64,000 nucleotides of DNA. Source: Eledone cirrhosa (lineage: Eukaryota). The stretch is taken from positions 16,306,001 to 16,370,000 of the forward strand of contig OZ024752.1 in NCBI GenBank assembly GCA_964016885.1, read 5' to 3'. The notes beneath the pieces are model-generated. The model worked only from the letters and a program-made list of their open reading frames with translations. It did not search any database and was not told the origin of the DNA. Below are positions 1 to 15,349 of the stretch, piece after piece. A program made the position numbers and the translations under genes. Numbering within the stretch: the first letter of the stretch is position 1; the number at the start of each line of letters is the position of its first letter.

Positions 1-3000
1 ACAACACTAGATATACCAGCTAGACAACACTGTAGATATACGACCTAGACAACACTAGATATACCACCTAGACAACACTAGATATACCACCTAGACAACA
101 CTAGATATACCACCTAGACAACAGTAGATATACCACCTAGACAACACTAGATATACCACCTAGACAACACTATATATACCACCTAGACAACACTAGATAT
201 AGCACCTAGACAACAGTAGATATACCACCTAGACAACACTAGATATACCACCTAGACAACACTGTAGATATACCACTTAGACAACACTAGATATACCACC
301 TAGACAACACTAGATATACCTCCTAGACAACACTGTAGATATACCAGCTAGACAACACTAGATGTACCACCTAGACAACACTGTAGATATACCACCTAGA
401 CAACACTAGATATACCACCGAGACAACACTAGATATACCACCGAGACAACACTAGATATACCACCTAGACAACACTGTAGATATACCACCTAGACAACAC
501 TAGATATACCAGCTAGACAACACTGTAGATATACCACCTAGACAACGCTAGATATACCACCTAGACAACACTAGATATACCACCTAGACAACACTAAATA
601 TACCACCTAGACAATGCTGTAGATATACCACCTAGACAACACTAGATATAGCACCTAGACAACACTAGATATACCACCCTGACAACACTAGATATACCAC
701 CTAGACAACACTAGATATACCACCTAGACAACACTAGATATACCACCTTGACAACAGTAGATATACCACCTAGACAACACTAGATATACCACCTAGACAA
801 CACTAGATATACCACCTAGACAACACTGTAGATATACCAGCTAGACAACACTAGATGTACCACCTAGACAACACTGTAGATATACCACCTAGACAACACT
901 AGATATACCACCGAGACAACACTAGATATACCACGTTGACAACACTAGATATACCACCTAGACAACACTAGATATACCACCTAGACAACACTAGATATAC
1001 CACCTAGACAACGCTGTAGATATACCACCTAGACAACACTAGATATAGCACCTAGACAACACTAGATATACCACCTTGACAACACTAGATATACCACCTA
1101 GACAACACTAGATATACCACCTAGACAACACTAGATATACCACCTTGACAACAGTAGATATACCACCTAGACAACACTATATATACCACCTAGACAACAC
1201 TAGATATACCACCTAGACAACAGTAGATATACCACCTAGACAACACTAGATATACCACCTAGACAACACTGTAGATATACCACCTAGACAACACTAGATA
1301 TACCACCTAGACAACACTAGATATACCACCTAGACAACACTAGATATACCACCTAGACAACACTGTAGATATACCACCTAGACAACACTAGATATACCAC
1401 CTAGAAAACAGTAGATATACCACCTAGACAACACTGTAGATATACCACCTAGACAACACTGTAGATATACCACCTAGACAACACTGTAGATATACCATCT
1501 AGACAACACTAGATGTACCACCTAGACAACACTGTAGATATACCACCTAGACAACACTAGATATACCACCGAGACAACACTAGATATACCACCTTGACAA
1601 CACTAGATATACCACCTAGACAACACTAGATATACCACCTAGACAACACTAGATATATCACCTAGACAACACTGTAGATATACCACCTAGACAACACTAG
1701 ATATACCAGCTAGACAACACTGTCGATATACCACCTAGACAACACTAGATATACCACCTAGAAAACACTAGATATACCACCTAGACAACACTAGATATAC
1801 CACCTAGACAACACTGTAGATATACCACCTAGACAACACTAGATATACCACCTAGACAACACTAGATATACCACCTAGACAACACTAGATATACCACCTA
1901 GACAACAGTAGATATACCACCTAGACAACACTAGATATTCCACCTAGACAACACTAGATATACCACCTAGACAACACTAGATATAGCACCTAGATAACAG
2001 TAGATATACCACCTAGACAACACTAGATATACCACCTAGACAACACTGTAGATATACCACCTAGACAACACTAGATATACCACCTAGACAACACTAGATA
2101 TACCACCTAGACAACACTGTAGATATACCAACTAGACAACACTAGATGTACCACCTAGACAACACTGTAGATATACCACCTAGACAACACTAGATATACC
2201 ACCGAGACAGCACTAGATGTACCACCGAGACAACACTAGATATACCACCTAGACAACACTGTAGATATACCACCTAGACAACACTAGATATACCAGCTAG
2301 GCAACACTGTAGATATACCACCTAGACAACACTAGATATAGCACCTAGACAACACTAGATATACCACCTAGACAACACTAGATATGCCACCTAGACAATG
2401 CTGTAGATATACCACCTAGACAACACTAGAAATACCACCTAGACAACACTAGATATACCACCTAGACAACAGTAGATATACCACCTAGACAACACTAGAT
2501 ATACCACCTAGACAACACTGTAGATATACCACCTAGACAACACTAGATATACCACCTAGACAACACTAGATATACCACCTAGACAACACTGTAGATATAC
2601 CAGCTAGACATAACTAGATGTACTACCTAGACAACACTGTAGATATACCACCTAGACAACACTAGATATACCACCGAGACAACACTAGATATACCACCTT
2701 GACAAAACTAGATATACCACCTAGACAACACTAGATATACCACCTAGACAACACTGTAGATATACCACCTAGACAACACTAGATATACCAGCTAGACAAC
2801 ACTGTAGATATACCACCTAGACAACACTAGATATACCACCTAGACAACACTAGATATACCACCTAGACAACACTAGATATACCACCTAGACAACAGTAGA
2901 TATACCACCTAGACAACACTAGATATACCACCTAGACAACACTATATATACCACCTAGACAACACTAGATATAGCACCTAGACAACAGTAGATATACCAC

Positions 3001-6000
3001 CTAGACAACACTAGATATACCACCTAGACAACACTGTAGATATACCACTTAGACAACACTAGATATACCACCTAGACAACACTAGATATACCTCCTAGAC
3101 AACACTGTAGATATACCAGCTAGACAACACTAGATGTACCACCTAGACAACACTGTAGATATACCACCTAGACAACACTAGATATACCACCGAGACAACA
3201 CTAGATATACCACCGAGACAACACTAGATATACCACCTAGACAACACTGTAGATATACCACCTAGACAACACTAGATATACCAGCTAGACAACACTGTAG
3301 ATATACCACCTAGACAACGCTAGATATACCACCTAGACAACACTAGATATACCACCTAGACAACACTAAATATACCACCTAGACAATGCTGTAGATATAC
3401 CACCTAGACAACACTAGATATAGCACCTAGACAACACTAGATATACCACCCTGACAACACTAGATATACCACCTAGACAACACTAGATATACCACCTAGA
3501 CAACACTAGATATACCACCTTGACAACAGTAGATATACCACCTAGACAACACTAGATATACCACCTAGAAATCACTCTAGATATACCACCTAGACAACAC
3601 TAGATATACCACCTAGACAACACTCTAGATATACCACCTAGACAACACTAGATATAGCACCTAGACAACACTAGATATACCACCTAGACAACAGTAGATA
3701 TAGCACCTAGACAACACTAGATATACCACCTAGACAACAGTAGATATACCACCGAGACAACACTAGATATACCACCTAGACAACACTAGATATACCACCT
3801 AGACAACACTGTAGATATACCACCTAGACAACACTAGATATACCACCTAGACAACACTTGATATACCACCTAGACAACACTAAATATACCACCTAGACAA
3901 CACTGTAGATATACCACCTTGACAACACTAGATATACCACCTAGACAACAGTAGATATACCACCTAGACAACACTAGATATACCACCTAGAGAACACTAG
4001 ATATACCACCTAGACAACACTAGATATACCACCTAGACAACACTAGATATGCCACCTAGACAACAGTAGATATACCACCTAGACAACACTAGATATACCA
4101 CCTAGACAACACTAGATATACCACCTAGACAACACTGTAGATATACCAGCTAGACAACACTAGATGTACCACCTAGACAACACTGTAGATATACCACCTA
4201 GACAACACTAGATATACCACCGAGACAACACTAGATATACCACCTTGACAACACTAGATATACCACCTAGACAACACTGTAGATATACCACCTAGACAAC
4301 ACTAGATATACCAGCTAGACAACACTGTAGATATACCACCTAGACAACACTAGATATACCACCTAGACAACACTAGATATACCACCTAGACAACGCTGTA
4401 GATATACCACCTAGACAACACTAGATATAGCACCTAGACAACACTAGATATACCACCTTGACAACACTAGATATACCACCTAGACAACACTAGATATACC
4501 ACCTAGACAACACTAGATATACCACCTTGACAACAGTAGATATACCACCTAGACAACACTATATATACCACCTAGACAACACTAGATATACCACCTAGAC
4601 AACAGTAAATATACCACCTAGACAACACTAGATATACCACCTAGACAACACTGTAGATATACCACCTAGACAACACTAGATATACCACCTAGTCAACACT
4701 AGATATACCACCTAGACAACACTAGATATACCACCTAGACAACACTGTAGATATACCACCTAGACAACACTAGATATACCACCTAGACAACAGTAGATAT
4801 ACCACCTAGACAACACTGTAGATATACCACCTAGACAACACTGTAGATATACCACCTAGACAACACTGTAGATATACCATCTAGACAACACTAGATGTAC
4901 CACCTAGACAACACTGTAGATATACCACCTAGACAACACTAGATATACCACCGAGACAACACTAGATATACCACCTTGACAACACTAGATATACCACCTA
5001 GACAACACTAGATATACCACCTAGACAACACTAGATATATCACCTAGACAACACTGTAGATATACCACCTAGACAACACTAGATATACCAGCTAGACAAC
5101 ACTGTCGATATACCACCTAGACAACACTAGATATACCACCTAGAAAACACTAGATATACCACCTAGACAACACTAGATATACCACCTAGACAACACTGTA
5201 GATATACCACCTAGACAACACTAGATATACCACCTAGACAACACTAGATATACCACCTAGACAACACTAGATATACCACCTAGACAACAGTAGATATACC
5301 ACCTAGACAACACTAGATATTCCACCTAGACAACACTAGATATACCACCTAGACAACACTAGATATAGCACCTAGACAACAGTAGATATACCACCTAGAC
5401 AACACTAGATATACCACCTAGACAACACTGTAGATATACCACCTAGACAACACTAGATATACCACCTAGACAACACTAGATATACCACCTAGACAACACT
5501 GTAGATATACCAACTAGACAACACTAGATGTACCACCTAGACAACACTGTAGATATACCACCTAGACAACACTAGATATACCACCGAGACAGCACTAGAT
5601 GTACCACCGAGACAACACTAGATATACCACCTAGACAACACTGTAGATATAGCACCTAGACAACACTAGATATACCACCTAGACAACAGTAGATATAGCA
5701 CCTAGACAACACTAGATATACCACCTAGACAACAGTAGATATACCACCGAGACAACACTAGATATACCACCTAGACAACACTAGATATACCACCTAGACA
5801 ACACTGTAGATATACCACCTAGACAACACTAGATATACCACCTAGACAACACTTGATATACCACCTAGACAACACTAAATATACCACCTAGACAACACTG
5901 TAGATATACCACCTTGACAACACTAGATATACCACCTAGACAACAGTAGATATACCACCTAGACAACACTAGATATACCACCTAGAGAACACTAGATATA

Positions 6001-9000
6001 CCACCTAGACAACACTAGATATACCACCTAGACAACACTAGATATGCCACCTAGACAACAGTAGATATACCACCTAGACAACACTAGATATACCACCTAG
6101 ACAACACTAGATATACCACCTAGACAACACTGTAGATATACCAGCTAGACAACACTAGATGTACCACCTAGACAACACTGTAGATATACCACCTAGACAA
6201 CACTAGATATACCACCGAGACAACACTAGATATACCACCTTGACAACACTAGATATACCACCTAGACAACACTGTAGATATACCACCTAGACAACACTAG
6301 ATATACCAGCTAGACAACACTGTAGATATACCACCTAGACAACACTAGATATACCACCTAGACAACACTAGATATACCACCTAGACAACGCTGTAGATAT
6401 ACCACCTAGACAACACTAGATATAGCACCTAGACAACACTAGATATACCACCTTGACAACACTAGATATACCACCTAGACAACACTAGATATACCACCTA
6501 GACAACACTAGATATACCACCTTGACAACAGTAGATATACCACCTAGACAACACTATATATACCACCTAGACAACACTAGATATACCACCTAGACAACAG
6601 TAAATATACCACCTAGACAACACTAGATATACCACCTAGACAACACTGTAGATATACCACCTAGACAACACTAGATATACCACCTAGTCAACACTAGATA
6701 TACCACCTAGACAACACTAGATATACCACCTAGACAACACTGTAGATATACCACCTAGACAACACTAGATATACCACCTAGACAACAGTAGATATACCAC
6801 CTAGACAACACTGTAGATATACCACCTAGACAACACTGTAGATATACCACCTAGACAACACTGTAGATATACCATCTAGACAACACTAGATGTACCACCT
6901 AGACAACACTGTAGATATACCACCTAGACAACACTAGATATACCACCGAGACAACACTAGATATACCACCTTGACAACACTAGATATACCACCTAGACAA
7001 CACTAGATATACCACCTAGACAACACTAGATATATCACCTAGACAACACTGTAGATATACCACCTAGACAACACTAGATATACCAGCTAGACAACACTGT
7101 CGATATACCACCTAGACAACACTAGATATACCACCTAGAAAACACTAGATATACCACCTAGACAACACTAGATATACCACCTAGACAACACTGTAGATAT
7201 ACCACCTAGACAACACTAGATATACCACCTAGACAACACTAGATATACCACCTAGACAACACTAGATATACCACCTAGACAACAGTAGATATACCACCTA
7301 GACAACACTAGATATTCCACCTAGACAACACTAGATATACCACCTAGACAACACTAGATATAGCACCTAGACAACAGTAGATATACCACCTAGACAACAC
7401 TAGATATACCACCTAGACAACACTGTAGATATACCACCTAGACAACACTAGATATACCACCTAGACAACACTAGATATACCACCTAGACAACACTGTAGA
7501 TATACCAACTAGACAACACTAGATGTACCACCTAGACAACACTGTAGATATACCACCTAGACAACACTAGATATACCACCGAGACAGCACTAGATGTACC
7601 ACCGAGACAACACTAGATATACCACCTAGACAACACTGTAGATATACCACCTAGACAACACTAGATATACCAGCTAGGCAACACTGTAGATATACCACCT
7701 AGACAACACTAGATATAGCACCTAGACAACACTAGATATACCACCTTGACAACACTAGATATACCACCTAGACAACACTAGATATACCACCTAGACAACA
7801 CTAGATATACCACCTTTACAACAGTAGATATACCACCTAGACAACACTAGATATACCACCTAGAAATCACTCTAGATATACCACCTAGACAACACTAGAT
7901 ATACCACCTAGACAACACTCTAGATATATCAACTAGACAACACTAGATATAGCACCTAGACAACACTAGATATACCACCTAGACAACAGTAGATATACCA
8001 CCTAGACAACACTGTAGATATACCACCTTGACAACACTAGATATACCACCTAGACAACACTAGATATACCACCTAGACAACACTTGATATACCACCTAGA
8101 CAACACTAGATATACCACCTAGACAACACTAGATATACCACCTAGACAACACTAGATATACCACCTAGACAACAGTAGATATACCACCTATATAACACTA
8201 GATATACCACCTAGACAACACTGTAGGTATACCACCTAGACAACACTAGATATACCACCTAGACAACAGTAGATATACCACCTGGACAACACTGTAGATA
8301 TACCACCTAGACAACACTAGATATACCACCGAGACAACACTAGATATACCACCTAGACAACACTAGATATACCACCTAGACAACACTGTAGATATACCAC
8401 CTACACAACACTAGATATACCACCTAGACAACACTTGATATACCACCTAGACAACACTAGATATACCACCTAGACAACACTAGATATACCACCTAGACAA
8501 CACTAGATATACCACCTAGACAACACTAGATATACCACCTAGACATCAGTAGATATACCACCTAGACAACACTGTAGATATACCACCTAGACAACACTGT
8601 AGATATACCACCTAGACAACACTAGATATACCACCTAGACAACACTGTATATATACCACCTAGGCAACACTAGATATACAACCTTGACAACACTAGATAT
8701 ACCACCTAGACAACACTAGATATACCACCTAGACAACACTGTAGATATACCACCTAGACAACACTAGATATACCACCTAGACAACACTGTAGATATACCA
8801 CCTAGACAACACTAGATATACCACCTAGACAACACTAGATATACCACCTAGACAACACTGTAGATATACCACCTAGTCAACACTAGATATACCACCTAGA
8901 CAACACTAGATATACCACCTAGACAACACTAGATATACCACCTAGTCAACACTAGATATACCACCTAGACAACACTAGATATACCACCTAGACGACACTG

Positions 9001-12000
9001 TAGATATACCACCTAGACAACACTGTAGATATACCACCTAGACAACGCTAGATATACCACCTAGACAACACTAGATATACCACCTAGACAACACTGTAGA
9101 TATACCACCTAGACAATACTAGATATACCACCTAGACAACACTTGATATACCACCTAGACAACACTAGATATACCACCTAGACAACACTGTAGATATACC
9201 ACCTTGACAACACTAGATATACCACCTAGACAACAGTAGATATACCACCTAGACAACACTAGATATACCACCTAGAGAACACTAGATATACCATCTAGAC
9301 AACACTAGATATACCACCTAGACAACACTAGATATACCACCTAGACAACAGTAGATATACCACCTAGACAACACTAGATATACCACCTAGACAACACTAG
9401 ATATACCACCTAGACAACACTAGATATACCACCTAGACAACACTAGATATACCACCTAGACAACAGTAGATATACCACCTATACAACACTAGATATACCA
9501 CCTAGACAACACTGTAGATATACCACCTAGACAACACTGTAGGTATACCACCTAGACAACACTAGATATACCACCTAGACAACACTAGATATACCACCTA
9601 GACAACACTAGATATACCACCTAGACAACACTAGATATACCACCTAGACAACAGTAGATATACCACCTAGACAACACTGTAGATATACCACCTAGACAAC
9701 ACTGTAAATATACCACCTAGACAACACTAGATATACCACCTATACAACACTAGATATACCACCTAGACAACACCGTAGATATACCACCTAGACAACACTG
9801 TAGGTATACCACCTAGACAACACTAGATATACCACCTAGACAACAGTAGATATACCACCTAGACAACACTGTAGATATACCACCTAGACAACACTAGATA
9901 TACCACCGAGACAACACTAGATATACCACCTAGACAACACTAGATATACCACCTAGACAACACTGTAGATATACCACCTACACAACACTAGATATACCAC
10001 CTAGACAACACTTGATATACCACCTAGACAACACTAGATATACCACCTAGACAACACTAGATATACCACCTAGACAACACTAGATATACCACCTAGACAT
10101 CAGTAGATATACCACCTAGACAACACTGTAGATATACCACCTAGACAACACTGTAGATATACCACCTAGACAACACTAGATATACCACCTAGACAACACT
10201 GTATATATACCACCTAGGCAACACTAGATATACAACCTTGACAACACTAGATATACCACCTAGACAACACTAGATATACCACCTAGACAACACTGTAGAT
10301 ATACCACCTAGACAACACTAGATATACCACCTAGACAACACTGTAGATATACCACCTAGACAACACTAGATATACCACCTAGACAACACTAGATATACCA
10401 CCTAGACAACACTGTAGATATACCACCTAGTCAACACTAGATATACCACCTAGACAACACTAGATATACCACCTAGACAACACTAGATATACCACCTAGT
10501 CAACACTAGATATACCACCTAGACAACACTAGATATACCACCTAGACGACACTGTAGATATACCACCTAGACAACACTGTAGATATACCACCTAGACAAC
10601 GCTAGATATACCACCTAGTCAACACTAGATATACCACCTAGACAACAGTAGATATACCACCTAGACAACACTAGATATACAACCTAGACAACACTAGATA
10701 TACCACCTAGACAACAGTAGATATACCACCTAGACAACACTGTAGATATACCACCTAGACAACACTAGATATACCACCTAGACAACACTAGATATACCAC
10801 CTAGACAACACTGTAGATATACCACCTAGACAACACTAGATATACCACCTAGACAACACTAGATATACCACCTAGACAACACTTGATATACCACCTAGAC
10901 AACACTAGATATACCACCTAGACAACACTGTAGATATACCACCTAGACAACACTGTAGATATACCACCTAGACAACACTAGATATACCACCTAGACAACA
11001 CTAGATATACCACCTAGACAACACTAGATATACCACCTAGACAACACTGTAGATATACCACCTAGACAACACTAGATATACCACCTAGACAACACTAGAT
11101 ATACCACCTAGACAACACTAGATATACCACCTAGACAACACTAGATATACCACATAGACAACACTAGATATACCACCTAGACAACACTTGATATACCACC
11201 TAGACAACACTAGATATACCACCTAGACAACACTGTAGATATACCACCTAGACAACACTGTAGATATACCACCTAGACAACACTAGATATACTACCTAGA
11301 CAACACTAGATATACCACCTAGACAACACTGTAGATATACCACCTAGACAACACTAGATATACCACCTAGACAACACTAGATATACCACCTAGACAACAC
11401 TGTAGATATACCACCTAGACAACACTAGATAGACCACCTAGACAACACTAGATATACCACCTAGACAACACTGTAGATATACCACCTAGACAACACTAGA
11501 TATACCACCTAGACAACACTAGATATACCACCTAGACAAAACTGTAGATATACCACCTAGACAACACTAGATATACCACCTAGACAACAGTAGATATACC
11601 ACCTAGACAACACTAGATATACCACCTAGACAACACTAGATATACTACCGAGACAACACTAGATATACCACCTAGACAACAGTAGATATACCACCTAGAC
11701 AACACTAGATATACCACCTAAACAACACTAGATATACCACCTAGACAACACTAGATATACCACCTAGACAAGACTAGATATACCACCGAGACAACACTAG
11801 ATATACCACCGAGACAACACTGTTGATATACCACCTAGACAACACTGTAGATATACCACCTAGACAACACTAGATATACCACCTAGACAACACTAGATAT
11901 ACCACCGAGTCAACACTAGATATACCACCGAGACAACACTAGATATACCACCTAGACAACACTAGATATACCACCTAGACAACACTGTAGATATACCACC

Positions 12001-12125
12001 TAGACAACACAAGATATAGCATCTAGACAACACTAGATATACCACCTAGACAACACTGTTGATATACCACCTAGACAACACTGTTGATATACCACCTAGA
12101 CAACACTAGATATACCACCTAGACA
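1..12125. repeat. Tandem satellite, 23-bp unit ACAACACTAGATATACCACCTAG with 25-bp variant ACAACACTGTAGATATACCACCTAG; runs off the window start
   Basis: Continuous head-to-tail array of roughly 500 units, ending abruptly at ...CCTAGACA|GGTC (~12125). Confidence 0.98.
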
Positions 12126-12899
12126 GGTCAGTCGAGATTGCACCCTCTTCTCTTCCCCTTTTTTCCTTACTAGGATCCTTTTCAACACGCTGACGCGTAT
12201 GTGTATATGTGTGTGCGTGTGTATGTGTACATAGGCATACATTTATATGTATGAGTATATAAATATAAACGTGCAAATACAGATACACTTACAAAAATAC
12301 ACACTCACAGACATACATTCACATAATTACACATACATTCACATAAACACACACATAAATTCACACAAACACACATACGTTCACATAAAATACTTCACAC
12401 ATACACAGCATAACAAAAGTAACGCCAGCCGCTATATTGCTATAGTTTTTCCACACACAACCCCCTGCCTTCTATTTACACACACATACATTTACACAGG
12501 TAGCAGATCTAAAGTCCGAGGAGTAGTATAAGGTAGTCAAACTACTCTTCTCTCTTTACGTGTTATAACAGAATCGCAGAGATTTATATATAGATTTAAC
12601 GTCACCATCCTTTTTTCTATTTCTTTTCTCTGTTCATGTGTTTTTTTTTATTTGAATTTTTTAATGTACTTTCAAAATGTATTTTACATTTATCAATCTA
12701 CCAAATAAGAATATAATATTTTGGTGCTGTATTTAGTTATATAGAGCCTTGAAAGTAATTTGATTTGAATCACATATAAATCTCAATGTTTCTAGAACTT
12801 TCTTTTATTCTGCGTGATGTCTTTTCTATCTAAAATTATAGAAGTTTTACATACGATTCTTTTTGTCATCTTCTTAATTCACAATTGATATGTAAGTTT

Positions 12900-14450
12900 G
12901 AAATATAAATCTTCCTACGTGTATACTTAGTAAAGTAATAAAACTTACAGGTGGTAGATCTATTGCTTTAACCTGTCTAACATAAAGATTGCTTTCCTGA
13001 AGTTTTATATTTTTCTGAAATTATTTCACTGTTAGTCATAGCATCTCCGATCAATACACTAACACGGCAAAATATGTTGAAATAGAGAAGACATACACCA
13101 TTGACATTATTTTTTTAACACCTTCAAATATTTTATCAGCTTCCTTTCAACACTGTTTTATCGTAATAGAATATCCTTCCCTATCGACAGCTATCTCACG
13201 GTTAATCTCCTTGCTGGGTTTCTAGAAGGATAACATATCGTCATTTCTATACAGATTGAATAGAATGCACTGTGTTGTATGGTACACACAGTGTTTCTTT
13301 CCTCCTTCTGACCATAAGTATGTGAAATAATTTTTATTAAGTATGTAATGTTGTTAGTGTATTTCCAATAATGTCGATAAAGAGCTTTAAGTTTCCTCGG
13401 ATAGACAGAATGTATATAGAACGATGATTTAATAATTACTCTTTCAATTTCAAGATCACGTAAATTTCAAAAAGTCAAAGGAAATCCGTCGATGTTTATC
13501 TTAACAAAGGAGATGTTTGAAAGGAAATGTGCCATCATTTGTATAACTAAAAGGGAATTTGCGAACGTCCTTTACTTCTTATTCAATAAAATATTTAATT
13601 TCGCTATCAACTACGAATCTTGTCTTTACCACTTCTTTATTGATACATACAAAATTCAATTTATTTAGAAAGTTCCTCAGAGAATTGAAGGTTATCAGAA
13701 AGTGTGTATATCTGTATATATTGTTACATTCTAATGTTTCAGTTATTTCAAACTAAAAAGCCTGTTCCATTGGTCTACCAGGCAGAAACAAAAGCATGTG
13801 ACGTGAAGTGCGTCCACATTGCAATGTTGCTTTCCCTATTACCATTTCCTATTGACATAACCAGCGATGGTCTATTGTTACAAGCACGTAACGTTATTTC
13901 TAACTCATTTTCTGGTGAACTTACAACCCTTGGGATAAATAAAAAGAGAGACCCTCAATGCGGAGAAGTATCTTCTAAACAAAATGGTGTACATCAACCT
14001 TTATCCCGTAAAATGTAGATATTTCTGTCCATTTTAAATAACGGAGGGGAGATTTTAGAATATGATACCACATGCACTATTTCTATACTATAGATAATCG
14101 TTTTCTTTCAATAAGAACAACTTTCAGGACATTTATAAATAAATATAAACATTGATTTGCTTATAATAGGAAAGAAAACACATGTTCTATAAGGATGAAA
14201 ACTGAGATGCTGTGTTATGTTTCGATACTCATCGCATGCGTTGTTAATGTAATTTGCTATAACCTCTAGAAATAAATCGAAACTGAGTTGCAAGGTCGGT
14301 TTTCCCGCAGTTCACTTCTATATTTCAATATCATCCGATAATGGTAAATTTCAGATATTCTTTGTAGTAATTCACAGCAACTACTTCTTGGATAAAACTT
14401 CTTGTTTAGTTGCCATAAACAGTATCAACCTTTTTCTAACGGTTTGATCA
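12900..14450 (-). pseudogene. Highly decayed Ty3/Gypsy pol remnant (RNase H to integrase)
   Basis: Minus strand near 13800-13835 reads GKQHCNVDAL(S)R, matching the GKxHxNADALSR motif. NACDE near 14230 resembles DASD. Many stops; boundaries approximate. Confidence 0.4.
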
Positions 14451-15349
14451 GGAGAAAGAGATTATAGCCATGGACTTCACAGTATCACCACCACCACCAC
14501 TGCCTAGATGAGATGATATCGACATAGTTAATGTTCTTGAAAACAACTACAGTCAGAAACGTGGTGGACAAGAAGGTAATTCCAGAGAAATGACCATTTG
14601 TATGACCGTTGTTTAATGTCGACCAAAGCATTGTGGGTGACATTTGCTAGATGGAAACGTTGATTTCTATCTGTGTTACTGTTCCTGTTATATATTTAAT
14701 CTGTCGACAGATTTAATCTCCCTAAAATGCCTTTAGAGGAGTACATCCAGTTACAAATATTAACTTTCTCCTTAACATTGATGACGGCGAAGTAACAGAG
14801 TCGTTAGAACGTCAGATAGAACATATAGAGGAAATGGGCTCCGCCAGGTGTAAAATGCCCACAAAGCGACGTATGTCACTACGGCGCCCCTACGGGACCA
14901 TACATACATACAGAGAGAGAAAGTTTATTAGGCTGCATTATACTAGTCGGCACTGTCAAGTTAAATATGATAGAATGCTTATCTGATATTAAAAAAATAA
15001 CATTTAAAAAAACTAAGATGGAGACAACAACAAACACACACACACAACAATAACAACACACACACACACTAAACAACACACCCCCACTCAACAATACACA
15101 CGCACACACACACAACACATACTATGCTTCCCACAACAATACATATCCCAACAACAACAACAGGCACACAGTCACAGAAAACAGGTTAGAAAATGACAGT
15201 GGGGCAGAAGTAAGGAACAGTAATAACAATATAAGGTAGACAAAACAATGACACATATAGGGGAGATAACCCGGACGAACACACTGACACATAAAATAGA
15301 TTAGAAAATAACAGTGACACAGAGGGAAGGGACTGGAGAAACAATGAGA

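Noticed and set aside
1-12125. CRISPR array or telomeric repeat
   Set aside because: No unique spacers and no cas genes; the unit is not a short G-rich telomere motif.
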